From Klebsormidium nitens (Eukaryota; Plantae; Klebsormidiophyceae), in contig DF237435.1 in NCBI GenBank assembly GCA_000708835.1, forward strand, positions 5,306 to 69,305: a DNA stretch of 64,000 nt, in the 5' to 3' direction. Shown piece by piece: positions 12,901 through 25,400 of the stretch. How positions within the stretch are numbered: the stretch's first letter is position 1; each line of letters opens with the position of its first letter. Below the pieces are notes generated by a model that saw only the letters and a program-made list of their open reading frames with translations, was not told where the DNA came from and did not search any database. Position numbers and translations under genes: made by a program.

Positions 12901-15900
12901 CCCCCAGGCGCCACCGCTGCCCGCTGGTCCGCAGGGGGGGCTGTTCCCCAAGCGCATCGCGCGTGGCCACGTCCAGGTCGAGCAGCTCGAGGCCGTCGTG
13001 CAGCTCCGCCGAGGGCGGCGCCTTCATCCGCTCCACTGCGTACGCCGCCTGGGCAGAGTGCATCAGCGCCAGCCGCAGGCGCAGCACGTCCCGCGGGGAG
13101 CGCTGCCCCGCGCGCACCGCTGCGTACTGGGCGTGTGCTGCGGCGTCTGCGGCCTTCTTGTGGCCCTCCAGAATGCTCTGTCGGGACGCACCGCTGCTGT
13201 CGCTCTCCAGAAACTTGAGCGTCAGCTCGGCCTGCGCCCCCCGGCCCAGCTCTCCTGGGGACGGAGTCGGCAGTCGGAGATGGGGGAACAGAGGGGGGCG
13301 GGCGTCGGTGGCAGGCGGTGCCCGCTCTAGTTCCGCGGTGCCGCCCTGAAGTTGCTTCAGCACGGCAGGCTCCTCGTAGAGCAGCAGGGGCTCTGCGCCG
13401 CCCGGCGTCGGCTTCCATTGCAGCGGCACCTTGCGCGACACGAGCGCCCACTCCAGCGGGGTCCGCCCCGAGAAGCCCAGCAGCCGGCCCACGTCTTGCG
13501 CACGCCGCGCGTCGATCTCCGTGCCCCAGGAACAACCTTGCGCTGCCAGCTTGTCGAAGAGTGGCGCGTAGCGCGTGCGCTTGTGCTGCAGGTCCGCCAG
13601 CAGGAAGCCGTGCAGCAGCAGCGCGCCCTCGTTGGGGTTGCGCGGCCGCGTTGCCTGCGCGCCGTAGCCGGGCCAGGCAGTCAAGGTGCGGAAGGGCCCC
13701 TCCAGCACGGCCAGCCAGTGCTGCGCGCGCGCACACACCCGCAGCTGCTGCTGTTCCTCCGTGCTCAAACCCGCCACTCCGAACTCAGCCCCCGCTGCGC
13801 CGCTGGTTGCCTCCGTAGACTGCCCCTGGCTCGCAATCGTCTCTGGTCGCAGGGTGGCCCCCTCGCCTGGCCAGCGCATGTTGTACCCGTCCGGCAGGAT
13901 CATGCTCCTCCCATCAAAGACATAGAGCGCCTCGTTCCGCAGCAGCAGTGGCGTGAGCTCGCGCAGGAAGGCCAGGTTCCAGGCGTCCCCTTGCTGCTGC
14001 GTCAGGCGCGGATACGTCAGCCCCTCCAGGCACCCCGGGTTCACCGCCGTGTTGTACAGCACCGCCGCCACGTGCAGCCCCAGCAGCCCGTCCGTGTCCA
14101 GGTCAGCGGGCACGGCGACCCCCGGCCCCGTTTCGAGCGCGGTCCAGTCCGTCGCCAGCCCGAACTCTGCGAGGGCGTCCTTGAAGCCCGCAAATGCCGC
14201 CTTGAGGTCGTCCGTCTGCTCGGGCGGGAGCTGCCCCGCGACCGCCTGCCCCAGCAGGTCCGCAAAGCGCTGCAGCGGCTCCACGCGTGGCGCCTCTACT
14301 GCGGCCGCCAGCCACTCCGCCACCAGCGTCTCCGCCTCCAGCTCGCCCGAGTCCGCCGCCACCGCGTACGCCGCTGCGCGCTGCACCATCTCCCGCGCGG
14401 CCGCCACCACGCCGGCGCTGGGCGGCAGCTGGCCCGAGTACATGTTGCGCAGCACGTGCAGCGCGGGCCACAGGCTCGCCTCCACCTCGCGCCCACGCCC
14501 CTCCAGCGCCGCTCCCCGACCCCCGCCGGGCCTCTTCACAAATGATTGAATTGCCCGCTGCGCATCCTTCGACTCAGGGTTCTGCCACAGGCCCCGGGGC
14601 ACCATGTCTAGGCCGGGCCTCGCTTCCCCCTCGCCCACCATCGCCCCGCTGCTGCTTTCCTCCCCAGCTCGCACATTCGAACGGCCCACCTCCGCTCGCC
14701 AGTGCCGTTCAAGAGCGCGCCACCAGGACCGCAGCAATACCACCCCCTCAGCATTGCCCTGCGGGAAGGCCGCTCCCGCGTGCTGTCGCAATACGGCGGC
14801 CCCCTGGCCCCCCTCCTGTGCCGCGGCTGCCGCCCACGCCTGGCCGTCCACTGCCGCCTTGATGCCGTCCAGCTGTGCCTGCGCCGCCGCAGGCCGCCCC
14901 TCCAGTGCGCGCCCCCACTGGAGCAGCAGCATCTCCACCTCCCCCAGTGCCGCCTCCACCGTGTGCCGCTCGTCGCCCCTGCACTCCGCCCACTCTCCGC
15001 GCACCCCTTCCAGCTTCTCCCGCGCCCACACTGCAATCGCCACCTGCTCCATTGCTGCCACCGCTGCTTCGTTCTGCTCACCGCCCGCCTCGTCCGCCTC
15101 ACCCGTCTCGTCCGCCACGTCTTCTTGCCCCTCCCTCGCGAGCAGCCACAGCGCGGTTTCCCGCGGCTTCCCGCTCAGCTCCGCCATGACGGCCACGTCG
15201 TCCTTGCCCAGCAGCTGCCGCACCTTGCGTGCGTGGTGCTCCACGTCTAGCTCCGCGCGCGTCAGCGGCCACGCAGGGTGGTCCACGGACGGCCCCGCGC
15301 CCGCCTCCACCTCCGCCACCATTTGCAGCTCCGCTTCCAGCAGGTCCAGCTCGCCACCCTCCCCCGTGGGCAACTCCGCATTGGCCAGCAGCGCGGTCAA
15401 GTCTTCTGCCTGATTCGTGTTGGTTGGCCGGAGCGCGTCCCACCGCTGCAATGCCTCGTCCAGCTTGCGCAGCTGGTACTTGAGGGTCCGCACGCGCGCC
15501 GCAAATTGCGGATCGACGCGCGCACCGGCAGCTTCCGTGGCGCGCGCATCCAGCGGCTGTGCTGTGCCCACCACCAACTCCGGAACCTCCTCCTGTGCTC
15601 TTCCTCTTTCCCCGACCACAGCCGTGACGAGCTCCGAACTCAACCCGCCTCCCGAATTGCCTGCAACTTCCAGACCTTGGCGTGTCTCCTCTTTTGAAGG
15701 CGTCGCTTGCCTCGTTTCCCGCAGAACCGCCGCAGCAGAAGTCTCTCCTCCAGTACTGCTTGATGGCGCGTCAGCTTGGCGCCCTTGCGTGGGCCCCTTG
15801 TTACCCGTGACCACCACTTCCATCCCTGGACTCCCCACGTTCCTGCCGCTCTTCTTGTTCCCCCACGGTCGCCACCCCGACCTCCCTGCGTCCCCCACTT

Positions 15901-18900
15901 TGTGCTCTGCCGCCGCTCCTTCCCCTCGGGCGCGCATGCGGTCCAGTAACGTCTCCAGCACCTCCATGCTCGCACCGGCACTCTTACCCGTACCCACCCC
16001 CCGTTCGTTTCGCCCAGCCTTTTGATTGCTGCCCCGAGCTGCCTCCCCATTCAGTGGCGACTTGGCATCGCTTCCTGGTGGCCCTTCCAGGTTCCAAGCT
16101 TCCGTTTCAGAAACCGAGCTCCCGCTCGTGCCAGCTTCGAGTTGCCTCGAACTCAAGTGCTCGCCATTGCCCTCGAATCTTAAGCTTTCTCTCACGTCAA
16201 GCCCTCCAACAAAGGTACTGCTGTCGCCCCCGTCTGCTGTCTGTGCGCTGCCCTCCCCCCGTGATGCTTCAACCACCACCTGCTCCCCGCTGCTCGCACC
16301 TCGCTCGCCCTGTTCCATAACCCCAGGGGGAGTACTTCCATTCGGAAGGCCGCCTGGGTTCGCGGTAGTGTCCGTCGTGGCTAAGGGCGTGCTAGGCGTG
16401 GTGCGCCCTTCCTTGGCCTGCCTGGCGTCCACCAGCTCCAGGGCAATCTGCAGTTCAAGGGGCACACGAGCAGAACATTCAGTCGGTGAAGCTAGCAGCT
16501 CTACGCAAGACCAGCTGTTGGCGCTGGCCGCAGCAGATTGTCCGCAGCTGCTGCGCTCTACCAGAGAAAAACCAAAATGCTCCTGATGGCTTCAGAACTG
16601 CTGATCGTGGCAGACACATGATCGCGCATGACCTGCGCAGGCTGGACAGGCAGTGCATCGGGGCAGCCCAGGGGGGCGGACGTTGTGTCCCCAACAAGCC
16701 TGTTCAGCAGCAAACAAAACCTTGTGCATGGAGTGCAGCCACTGCTAGACCGTGGCTCGCACCTTTCTGCAGATCTTCTCGAGCTGGCGCTCCATGCCGC
16801 GGCACCCCGCTTCGAAGGTGTACTTGGTGGCAATCGCCTCCAGCACGGCGTCCGTGATCTCAACCTGCACCGCTAGGCAGATCCTTGTCAACACAACAAG
16901 GACTTACGGAGGCAGAATCTGTTGACAGAGCTGTTCAGAACAGCCGTCCTAGCCTCGCAAATAGTCGAGAGTTGAACCCTCAGCGATGAAAACGATTGAT
17001 TGAACCGCAAGCTTGCTCTGACAAGCTCAACTTTTGGAAACTGAAACAGGTCTAGGAATGTCGTTCTTCTGCGGGCTTTCTCAGCCACACCAGCACTCCG
17101 CCAAGTCACGTCTGACTCAACAACCTTTTTGGCGGAAGGAAGTGGGCAGCTTTACCTGGTCCGGCGCCAGGCCGACCTTGTCCTTGATCTTGGGCAGCAG
17201 GAAGCGCTTGGCGATGTGCACCTTCTCCGCGGTCGAGTACCCCGACAGCTCGATTGTCTCCATGCGGTCCAGCAGCGGCCGAGCGATCTGGCTGATGTCA
17301 TTCGCGGTGCACACAAACAGCACCTGCGCACCAGCAGGTGGGCCGCTCAGACTTGAGCGGACGGCAGGACAAACCTACATCCGACTTCACTCGAAATGAG
17401 CACGAGAACCCTGTGAGCTTCGAAGGCCGCAATGGTTTTGGAAGGGCCTGCCACCATGGCCTGCCACCAGAAGAACCAAGTTCGATACACGTAGCAAAGT
17501 CTTCCCTGTGTTCTGACAAGTTCCTTGAATCTCCTTCTGTGGGCTTATTACAGCTTATTATCCATCAACTCGACAGATTCTTTCTGCACGTCTAAACGGC
17601 ATACGCGCAATGCACCCACGAGATCAGAGCTACGCCTGTGCGTGCCCGTCTGCCCGTCTGCCCGATGCTTGTGCGCGCTCACCTGCGAGAGGTTGAGGCC
17701 GACCTCCATGTAGTGGTCCTTGAAGTCCTTGTTCTGCTCGGGGTCCAGGATCTCGAGCAGCGCCGCACCGGGGTCGCCGCGGTAGTTGGCGTGCGCCATC
17801 TTGTCCACCTCGTCGATGAGCACCAGCGGGTTCATGACGCCCACCTGCTTCAGCGCGCCCACCACCTTGCCCGGCTCGCTGCCCACGTACGTGCGGTTGT
17901 GCCCCTTGAACTCAACCGGGTCGTTCAGCCCGCCCACGCTGCGCGGCGCAAAGAGAGGCAAGATGAGACAACGCTACCGGAGAACAGAGTACTTCGCCCA
18001 CGGTTCTACACCGCCATGTCAGTTTTAGTAAGGCAAAATCCTTCGACACTGACATATGAATGCTGACGAGTCGAGACTATCAACGAGACACTTCGACCTC
18101 CTTGCAAGCTCTGGAAAGGGCAGGTGGCTTCTCCAGCCGTTCATCAGGTTCGCAAAAGAAAGAGCAGCGCAAGACACATCTTGTGCCTGCCTTCCTCTGA
18201 TCCAATTCAATTTTTCAGACTTATCCGGGGAGGGCCGAAACAGCAAGGAGCGTGCTGACCTCATGCGGTGGAACTTGCGGTTGAGTGCGCGCGCCATGCT
18301 CTTGGCGATGCTGGTCTTGCCCACCCCGGGGGGCCCGTGCAGCAGCAGGATGCGCCCCTGCGTCGTGCCCTTCAGCTGGCTCACAGCAATGAACTCCAGC
18401 AGCCGCTCCTGCCAGAAGAGGAGGCGCACGCGCCTTCAGATCTAGCGCTCACCGTGCGAATGCTCTGTTATTTGAAACTGGTCGTCGAACCTGAAGCAGA
18501 ATTAGAAGCCGAGCGAAGAGAAGCGAACGCGCATGGCAGCAGGCCCCAGGGTGCACAAAACGGCAAGGTGCTGAAAGTGAAAAAGGGACAATGGAAAGTA
18601 AGAGCCACAACGGGGGAGGCAACCGAGGTAGCCGCACTGTGCAGCACGACACACAGTCCAGACACAACCAGGACAGGGCACCCAGGACAGACACCGGTCA
18701 GAAAAGCAAAGCTGCTCGAATCCTCGCATCCTCCTGATTAAAGATCAGACTCCAACTTTTTGGGGCCACGGGTTGTTTGCTGCTGCCCCTCACCTTGACT
18801 TCCTCGAGGCCGTAGTGGTCTTCCTCCAGGATGTTGCGCGCCTCCGCCACGTCATAGCGCTCGCGCGTGGTCTCCCCCCACGGCATGAGCGTCATCCAGT

Positions 18901-21201
18901 CCAGGTAGCGCACCACAAACGCATGCTCCGTGCTCATGGAGTGCATGCGCGCAAGCCGCTCAACCTCGCGCTCAACCGCCTGGACAACAAGGACCGGGAA
19001 GTCAGATATCGGTCAGAAGGGCAGGAAATCCCCTGCCTGCTTTCCAGGGCATTGAGCTCAGACGCCTGCCTGGGGCAGCCGGCCAAGTGGATAGGACCTT
19101 CGTGGACCGTTCTAGGTGACACCAGCATTGAACTTCACAGATCCATCTAGTGTTTTCCACCGTTTCGCCAGCTGCGGACCTGACGACACCACCGTAAGAG
19201 TTACCCCTTCAAAAGACATTTGCACTGGTAGCTGACCGCCATTATGTGCCACAATGCTTTGATCATCGGTCGAGAGTGAAACGCGGGGTTCGCTCTACAA
19301 CCCCAAACAAATCATGCAATCTCCGTTGGCAGGGCTTGAAAAAGTAGTAGCAGGATGCACGAAAGGATCTTCGGAAAAAGGGGCCCTAGACACTCACGTC
19401 AAGCCATTCTGCGGGCATCTTCCACCACTTGGTGCGAAGCCGATTCCAGTACTTGTCTGCAGCTCGCACGTCTTTGCCCATCTTGCCGAAGCGCTCTGTA
19501 CGACACACGAGCATTCAAACGAGGGACAGAAGGTTACAATAGAGAGATCGAAACAATGAAGGCTGAATGAGGAGCAAAAGCCATTCTATCAGGAATGCAT
19601 CCCCACCGCGGACAATGGATCTCCAGTTGGGCCCAGTGGGCTTTGTGTGAGTTGAGCAGTTACCAAAGACTCTCAACCCGCTTTTGCATGCCAATCACTC
19701 TCCAAAAGGTATTGTCACATCTTGATCTTGAACATGTGTCCCCATAAGCGGCGATTCGTTCCTATTGCCAAAAGCCCGCAAGCCCTGGTCAAAAAAGGCG
19801 TGCCTCACCCTGCGTCCAGCCATCTGGAAGCTGCGTCACTGAAATGGGCCGCGTCTTTGAGTCCACCTCATCCTCCCGCACTTCCTCTGGCATCAGAACA
19901 AGGGAAAAACGTTACATGAAGTAAGCCCACAGGCTTTAACAATGGCTCCTCTGAAGGGCTTGCTCGACATTCACAGGATCTCGTCTCCAGACAGCCATGT
20001 GAAAAGGATTGCACCGTCCCTCAGATAAGGAGGGACGAAGTAGTAAGTACGGGCCACCCTTGATTGACCTATGGAACAGCCATTGTGGTGTTTCTTGCCA
20101 GTCACATCATAGCTTGATGGTTCGTGCCCCACAGCCAACCTTTTTGTCTTCATCATTCGCACTTGATGCTGCTGCACCTCCTGTGGCCCCTGTCCCCATC
20201 TTACAGTGTTTTGCGACCTCCTTGCAAATAGATCCCCATGTTGTCGAAGTTACTATGCCACACTCTGTTTAGGAGCTCGACACGTCACGCTTTCCCCAGG
20301 ACTTGGGGGCAAACTCACCGCGATCGGAGGGGGCCCTGACGACCGTCTTCCTGATGACCACCTTGGGCATGCCGCCGGCCTGCGTGGCTGCGGGCCCCTG
20401 TATGCCGGCCGACAGCGGCTTGAGCACGCCCGCGCGCTCCAGCACCATCAGCGACACCGCCACCGAGATGATCGCAGAGCCCCCCAGCAGGAGCACCGAC
20501 GACGCGCCCTTGGTCAGGACAGTCGCCAGGTACATGAACACGGACTGCCGCGGCGGGGCCTGCGTGCGGTTCAATAGCTCCAGCGTGTCCTCGCTCAGCT
20601 GCACCACCACCGGGACAGGCCCACCAGCACCAGCCGGGATAACAATCTGCGACGGCAGCCGCCGCTCATCGAGGCCTCCTGTTGGAATGCTGGCAACATC
20701 CCCGCTGTCGCCCCTCGCCTTTGCCCCATCTTCACCAGAGACTTTGACAGGACCATTGGCGGGCTGCGCCTCTTCACCAACTTCTTCGTCCTCCGGCGTA
20801 AAGCCCGCCGGGAGCCAGGCCCTGAGATCGCCATCGAAGAGGGCGGGCAAGAAGGACGATGGCTCGTCAGTGAAGTGCGGATACGGCTCAGACCGACCGG
20901 CAGTGGCTACAGCACTGCGTCTGGCTGATCGACGGACGGGAAATGTCCTGTTGTTGCCTGTCTTTGATCGCTCTCCAAACAGACTCAAACCAGACAAGCT
21001 GCTGTTGCACTGCTGAAAAAGCACTACTTTGCTTCCAAAAAATGGTGGCTGACTGCGGCTTGCTCTGTAACTGAACCCTGGAAGGGGAGCCGGGGGGAGC
21101 CCAGAGCGCACACCACTTGGGGCCCTGCAATTTCCAGACGGCGCCCCAATTGGGCAGCAGGTAATGGTCCCCCGAGCCAAAAACTTGGCAGCGGCCGCCA
21201 T
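9973..21201 (-). CDS. LON: Lon (S16) ATP-dependent protease, organelle-targeted, with a giant internal insertion (12 exons, predicted 2526 aa)
   Basis: Exons 21201-20319, 19886-19809, 19495-19398, 18979-18794, 18408-18260, 17938-17683, 17323-17156, 16864-16763, 16447-12094, 11905-11164, 10808-10557, 10285-9973 (7581 nt, phases consistent). Walker A GPPGVGKT, pore loop RTYVG, Walker B LIDEVDK, Arg finger LLDRME, catalytic Ser in PKDGPSAG and Lys in GGIKEK. Core domains are certain; inclusion of the 4354-nt exon is inferred. Confidence 0.85.
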
Positions 21202-22426
21202 ACCAAACTTTTCAATGCTGCTCAGAAGCTACCGTCAGTGGACGCTTCTGACCATCGCGCCCAAACCGGTTGACTACTTTTCAAAGAAAGAGGTTCATCA
21301 GCCCTTTAAAATTGACAATGCTGATATCAAAGCTCCTTTGGGTGGAAAGGGCTCCTTTTCTCTCCTCAGAAGCGGTCGCGTCAGAGCTTTGTGAGGAGGA
21401 ATTGCTTTCACTGTCAAAGTTTCAGCTGAGCCTTCAGGCTTCCGACACAGGAAATAGCTGCTTCAATTGTTCAGACGATCTGATTATACCAGCAATCTTG
21501 GACCGTCGGATGCCGGAAGCCCATGATCGACGGCCGCAGCGGCGGCACCGGGGCCGCCCCAGATCATATTAGGGCGGCCGCGCGCCGCCGCCCCGCGGCA
21601 AGCCGCTCTGCCGCGGGCCGGGCGCGCAGACAATGACTCATATGGCAGTCCAGCTAGCTTACTGTAGTACGTACCTATATTTCCGATGAGTCCGCGGCGT
21701 CTCCTAGCTGCATATGATCGTACTAAGCCCAGCTGCTCAAGTTATCATGAATCTTAAGCTTTGACTTCAAGTAATCGAGATCGGCTGCAGGACCCGTGGG
21801 GTCATGATGATCGATTCCGGCAATATTATAAGTGAAACTTGAAAGTTACTTGCAGAGTAAGCTTTGCAATTGCGATAGGATGTCCTATCGGATATTAGTC
21901 CGGGGTCGACGCCCGCCGCATACTAAGGCATGCATGCTGTGTATCATTTTGGCATTCGACACTGGTCGATATAGGCTGGCGCAATACGTGTAAATCATTG
22001 ATTGCGTGTAACTTGCATGACTCAGCATTGGGCAACATGCTAGTGGTTCAAAACGCGGTTTAGTATTCTGGACTCTCCGCTATTATCAAATTTGATCGAT
22101 TTCAAACTTACTAGTTCACATCCACATAAGGATCGAAGCGATGATGTGATACGCAGCCAAAACGAGTCTCAAGCGAGCGAACACTGACAAGGCTAGCTCG
22201 GCAATGGATGATGACAACTGTCTAGAACTTTACACGGCGCCAGAGGCAAACCTGGTCGAGGGGGAGAACCAATCGAGCTGATCAAGAGCCGATCTTCAAC
22301 GACGGCGACCATCATGGCATTTCTGCCAAGCCGGCCAAGTACCATATGTGTGTGCATCCCAGATCGCATGTAACGATTTCCAAATAGACCCACCACTTAC
22401 GTCGCACTTATGTACATATTGAACCG

Positions 22427-25400
22427 TCAAGCAAACTTTCCAAACGTCCGCTGTCCATACAGCACTGCCGCTCGTGCCTCTAGCTTCGCCAAGTCCTCAC
22501 GCAGCAGCGATGCCCGCTGGCCGTCGCTTTGCCCTGACCCCTGGACTAACTTTTGCAACAACCGGAGCAGCTTATCCACTACCACCCGACAGTCCACGAG
22601 GAGAGACTCGAGCTCGCTGACTGCGAACAGCCGCAAAAGAGAGGCCAAAACCCTTCTCCCCCTGTTGACGGCGCTCACCTCTTGATCAAGACCGCTCACT
22701 TGCGCCACACCGGACCCATCCAGATTAAACATCAGCTGTTCTAGCACGGGTGCTAGCAACCACGACTGCCTTCGCAGCAGAAACACACACGGCCGCAACA
22801 TCGGAGCCAACCACCCGGTGCCTCGAGATGTCGCTGACGTCACCTCTAGCCAGTACCTGGCCACAGCCGACGGCAGCAAGGCCGCCAGTTCGGCCGGCAT
22901 GCCGGTCGCTTCCGGCTCCGCTGTTACCCTTTCCTCACTGCACGTGCTCACGGCTCGCAGGACGGCATACACTGCCCAGACGTCCATTCCCCTACTTTCA
23001 GATTCTTGTTCACCGCTCGCGCTTAATAACAGCTTCGCCAGCAGAGGGCCGACCAGGCTCAGGACCACTGCGCCACCCCCCGCCCGCGCCAACCCCGCAC
23101 AGATGCCGTCCAAAAGCGCTTCGGACTCTTTCCCTCCAGGAGCTTCTCTGCTGCCGGACGTTGTCGCTGCGCCCTCCCTGGACTCCGCTTCCTTTCCGGG
23201 GGCTCGACCGGAATCTGAAGCAGCGGGCGCTCCACCTGGGTGCGCCAGGGCCGACCACTTGGCCAGCAGCGTGACGAGGAAGCTCAGGTACGTGGCGACG
23301 GTCAGCGTGTCAGCCGCGGCCGCGCAGTGATGCAGAACCTGCCGCAAGGGGAACGCGGCCGTCAGGCGCGCGATGCAGCCACTTGTTGGCTCAGGAAACG
23401 AGTTGGAGCACTCGCTTATTCATACCGAGCCCGCTTATACCCGTCGACTTGTCAAGACTGTGTGGGTCACGAAACCTTGGGTCACAGAACCCGATTCACA
23501 TGCCCGTGGCTGCATGAAGACCGGAGCTTCACCGTCCAGCCTATTCGCTGAGCTCGAAAGGTGAAGATCGAGCGGGCTAGACGCTCGGGATGAACCTTCG
23601 CAAGCGAGGCTTTTGCGCAATCCCGTCAAGGTTTGGCACTTCTAAAAGCAACGACGGGACGAAAACCACCTCCTGTGAACTCGCGAGTATGTAAACCCGG
23701 CTCTTGCCCATGTAAAGCCACTTCGTCGTTGCGCATGTCCAAAATCAGCCTTAAACGTCAAACAATGAGAGAACTTCGTCGATCATTCTCGCCAAGTATT
23801 CCTGCTCTAGGACCAGATGTCTCGGCTGACGAACACCTCACCTGCAACAACCGCAGAACCACTTGCACGCCCACCCCGGGGGCGCCGCAGCAGTGCGCCA
23901 GCGCGCTGATGAGCGCAGGCGCGAGCGCCCCTAGATGCGGCAACAAGTCAACCGCCAGCGCCTGCGTCTTTTCCGGAAGGCTCACAAACGGCCCAAACTT
24001 GCGCGTTTCCCCGCTGCCTTGCTTTTTCGGGGGGACGGTCAAGCAGACGAAGGGTAGCAACGACGGCTGGAGAGCGGCGATGGTGGACGCGAGAGGGCCC
24101 TCGGGAGAAGCCGCCCGGGCAGAGCGCAGCAGGAGGAGTAACACTTGGTGGGAGGCCGGGGGGGAGGCGGAGCGCAGCTCCCACAGGAGGCGGGGGAGGG
24201 AGGAGAGCCACTGCTGAACGCCGGCAGGGGGGACCAGCGAGAACGTGGACTCGTCCTGCAAACGGACGGAGAAGCGAGGATGATAAATTGAGATAAAACC
24301 CACCAGAGAAGAAGCAAGTGGCGACGAAAGGCGATTCTTCACCGGCGTGAAGGGCGACAGACGAACGCGGGGAGTCAGATTGGGCGTTTGTGAGTGAAGG
24401 CCGACTCGGCTCAACAAGGAACGAGGTGGACAAGGAACGAGGCCCGGTGGCAGAAAACTCGAGGCACGTCCTCATCATGTGCTTCTCAACCAACCTAAGG
24501 GCAAAAGTTTTGTTCGTCAGGGCGCACAATCAAGGCTGCTACACACCTCCGAGTGCAATTCCAACCTCGAAACAGGGGTTTGAGACTTTAGAGATCACCT
24601 GCAGGAGGCCCCCCATGAAGTGGAGCGCCGCCGCCTTGCTCCGCGACTGCGGCCCGCACCCGAGATAGAACCGGGTGAATGCGGCCAGCAGCCCACTCCG
24701 CTCCTCTTCCCCGACCACCCTCAGCAGCTGCCCCAGGCTCGCCAGCACCACCCCGGTCTGCGCCTCGGTTAACGCCCGCTTCTCTAACCCGTGCGCTAAC
24801 CCCTTGCCGCTGCCGGGCAGAACCCGCCCCTCGAGGACTCCCTGCAGGTACTCCACGAGCGCTCCTTCCCAGGGGGGTGCGCCCACCCCCCCGAAAAAGG
24901 GCAGCATCAGCTGGCACACCGCCAGATTCAAGTCTACCAGGTCTTCGATGTCGTGCGCGCTGACTCGGACCCCCGGGGCGGCGACCGGGAACTGCGCCGC
25001 CACCTTGTGGGTCAGCTGGGGGAGGTACTCTTGAGCGATTGACTGCCCGCTTATGGACTCGTGATCCAATAAGAGATGGAGGACGCGGGCGATGCGGACG
25101 AGGCTCTGTGCAGTGGGGGGGTCCGGCTTAACGGCGAGCGCGGCGGGGGTGCACTCGCTCCAGCAGTCGAGCAGGCGAGGGACCAGCCGTGCAGCCAGGG
25201 GGGGAACGGCACCGCGCGCATCACCAGGGCTATCTGCACCGCGCAGAGCAGAAAGAAGATAAGATGCTGAAAGCTTCCCGGAGCTGCGTACGTTGCTTAT
25301 CTGTTGACTTCTTCTCTTCGCTCCTATGCATTAGCCTGGCTTTCCGTATCTGTCCAGAGCTGATCAGAGACAGCAACGTTCGAGCAACGTCCGCTGATTG

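Noticed and set aside
12094-16447. Intein or homing-endonuclease explanation for the Lon insert
   Set aside because: No Cys/Ser start, His-Asn end or LAGLIDADG/HNH motif seen.
12066-16586. Numerous 100-400 aa alternative-frame ORFs over the Lon insert
   Set aside because: Expected from high GC and few stop codons; only the 1480-aa frame is continuous with Lon.
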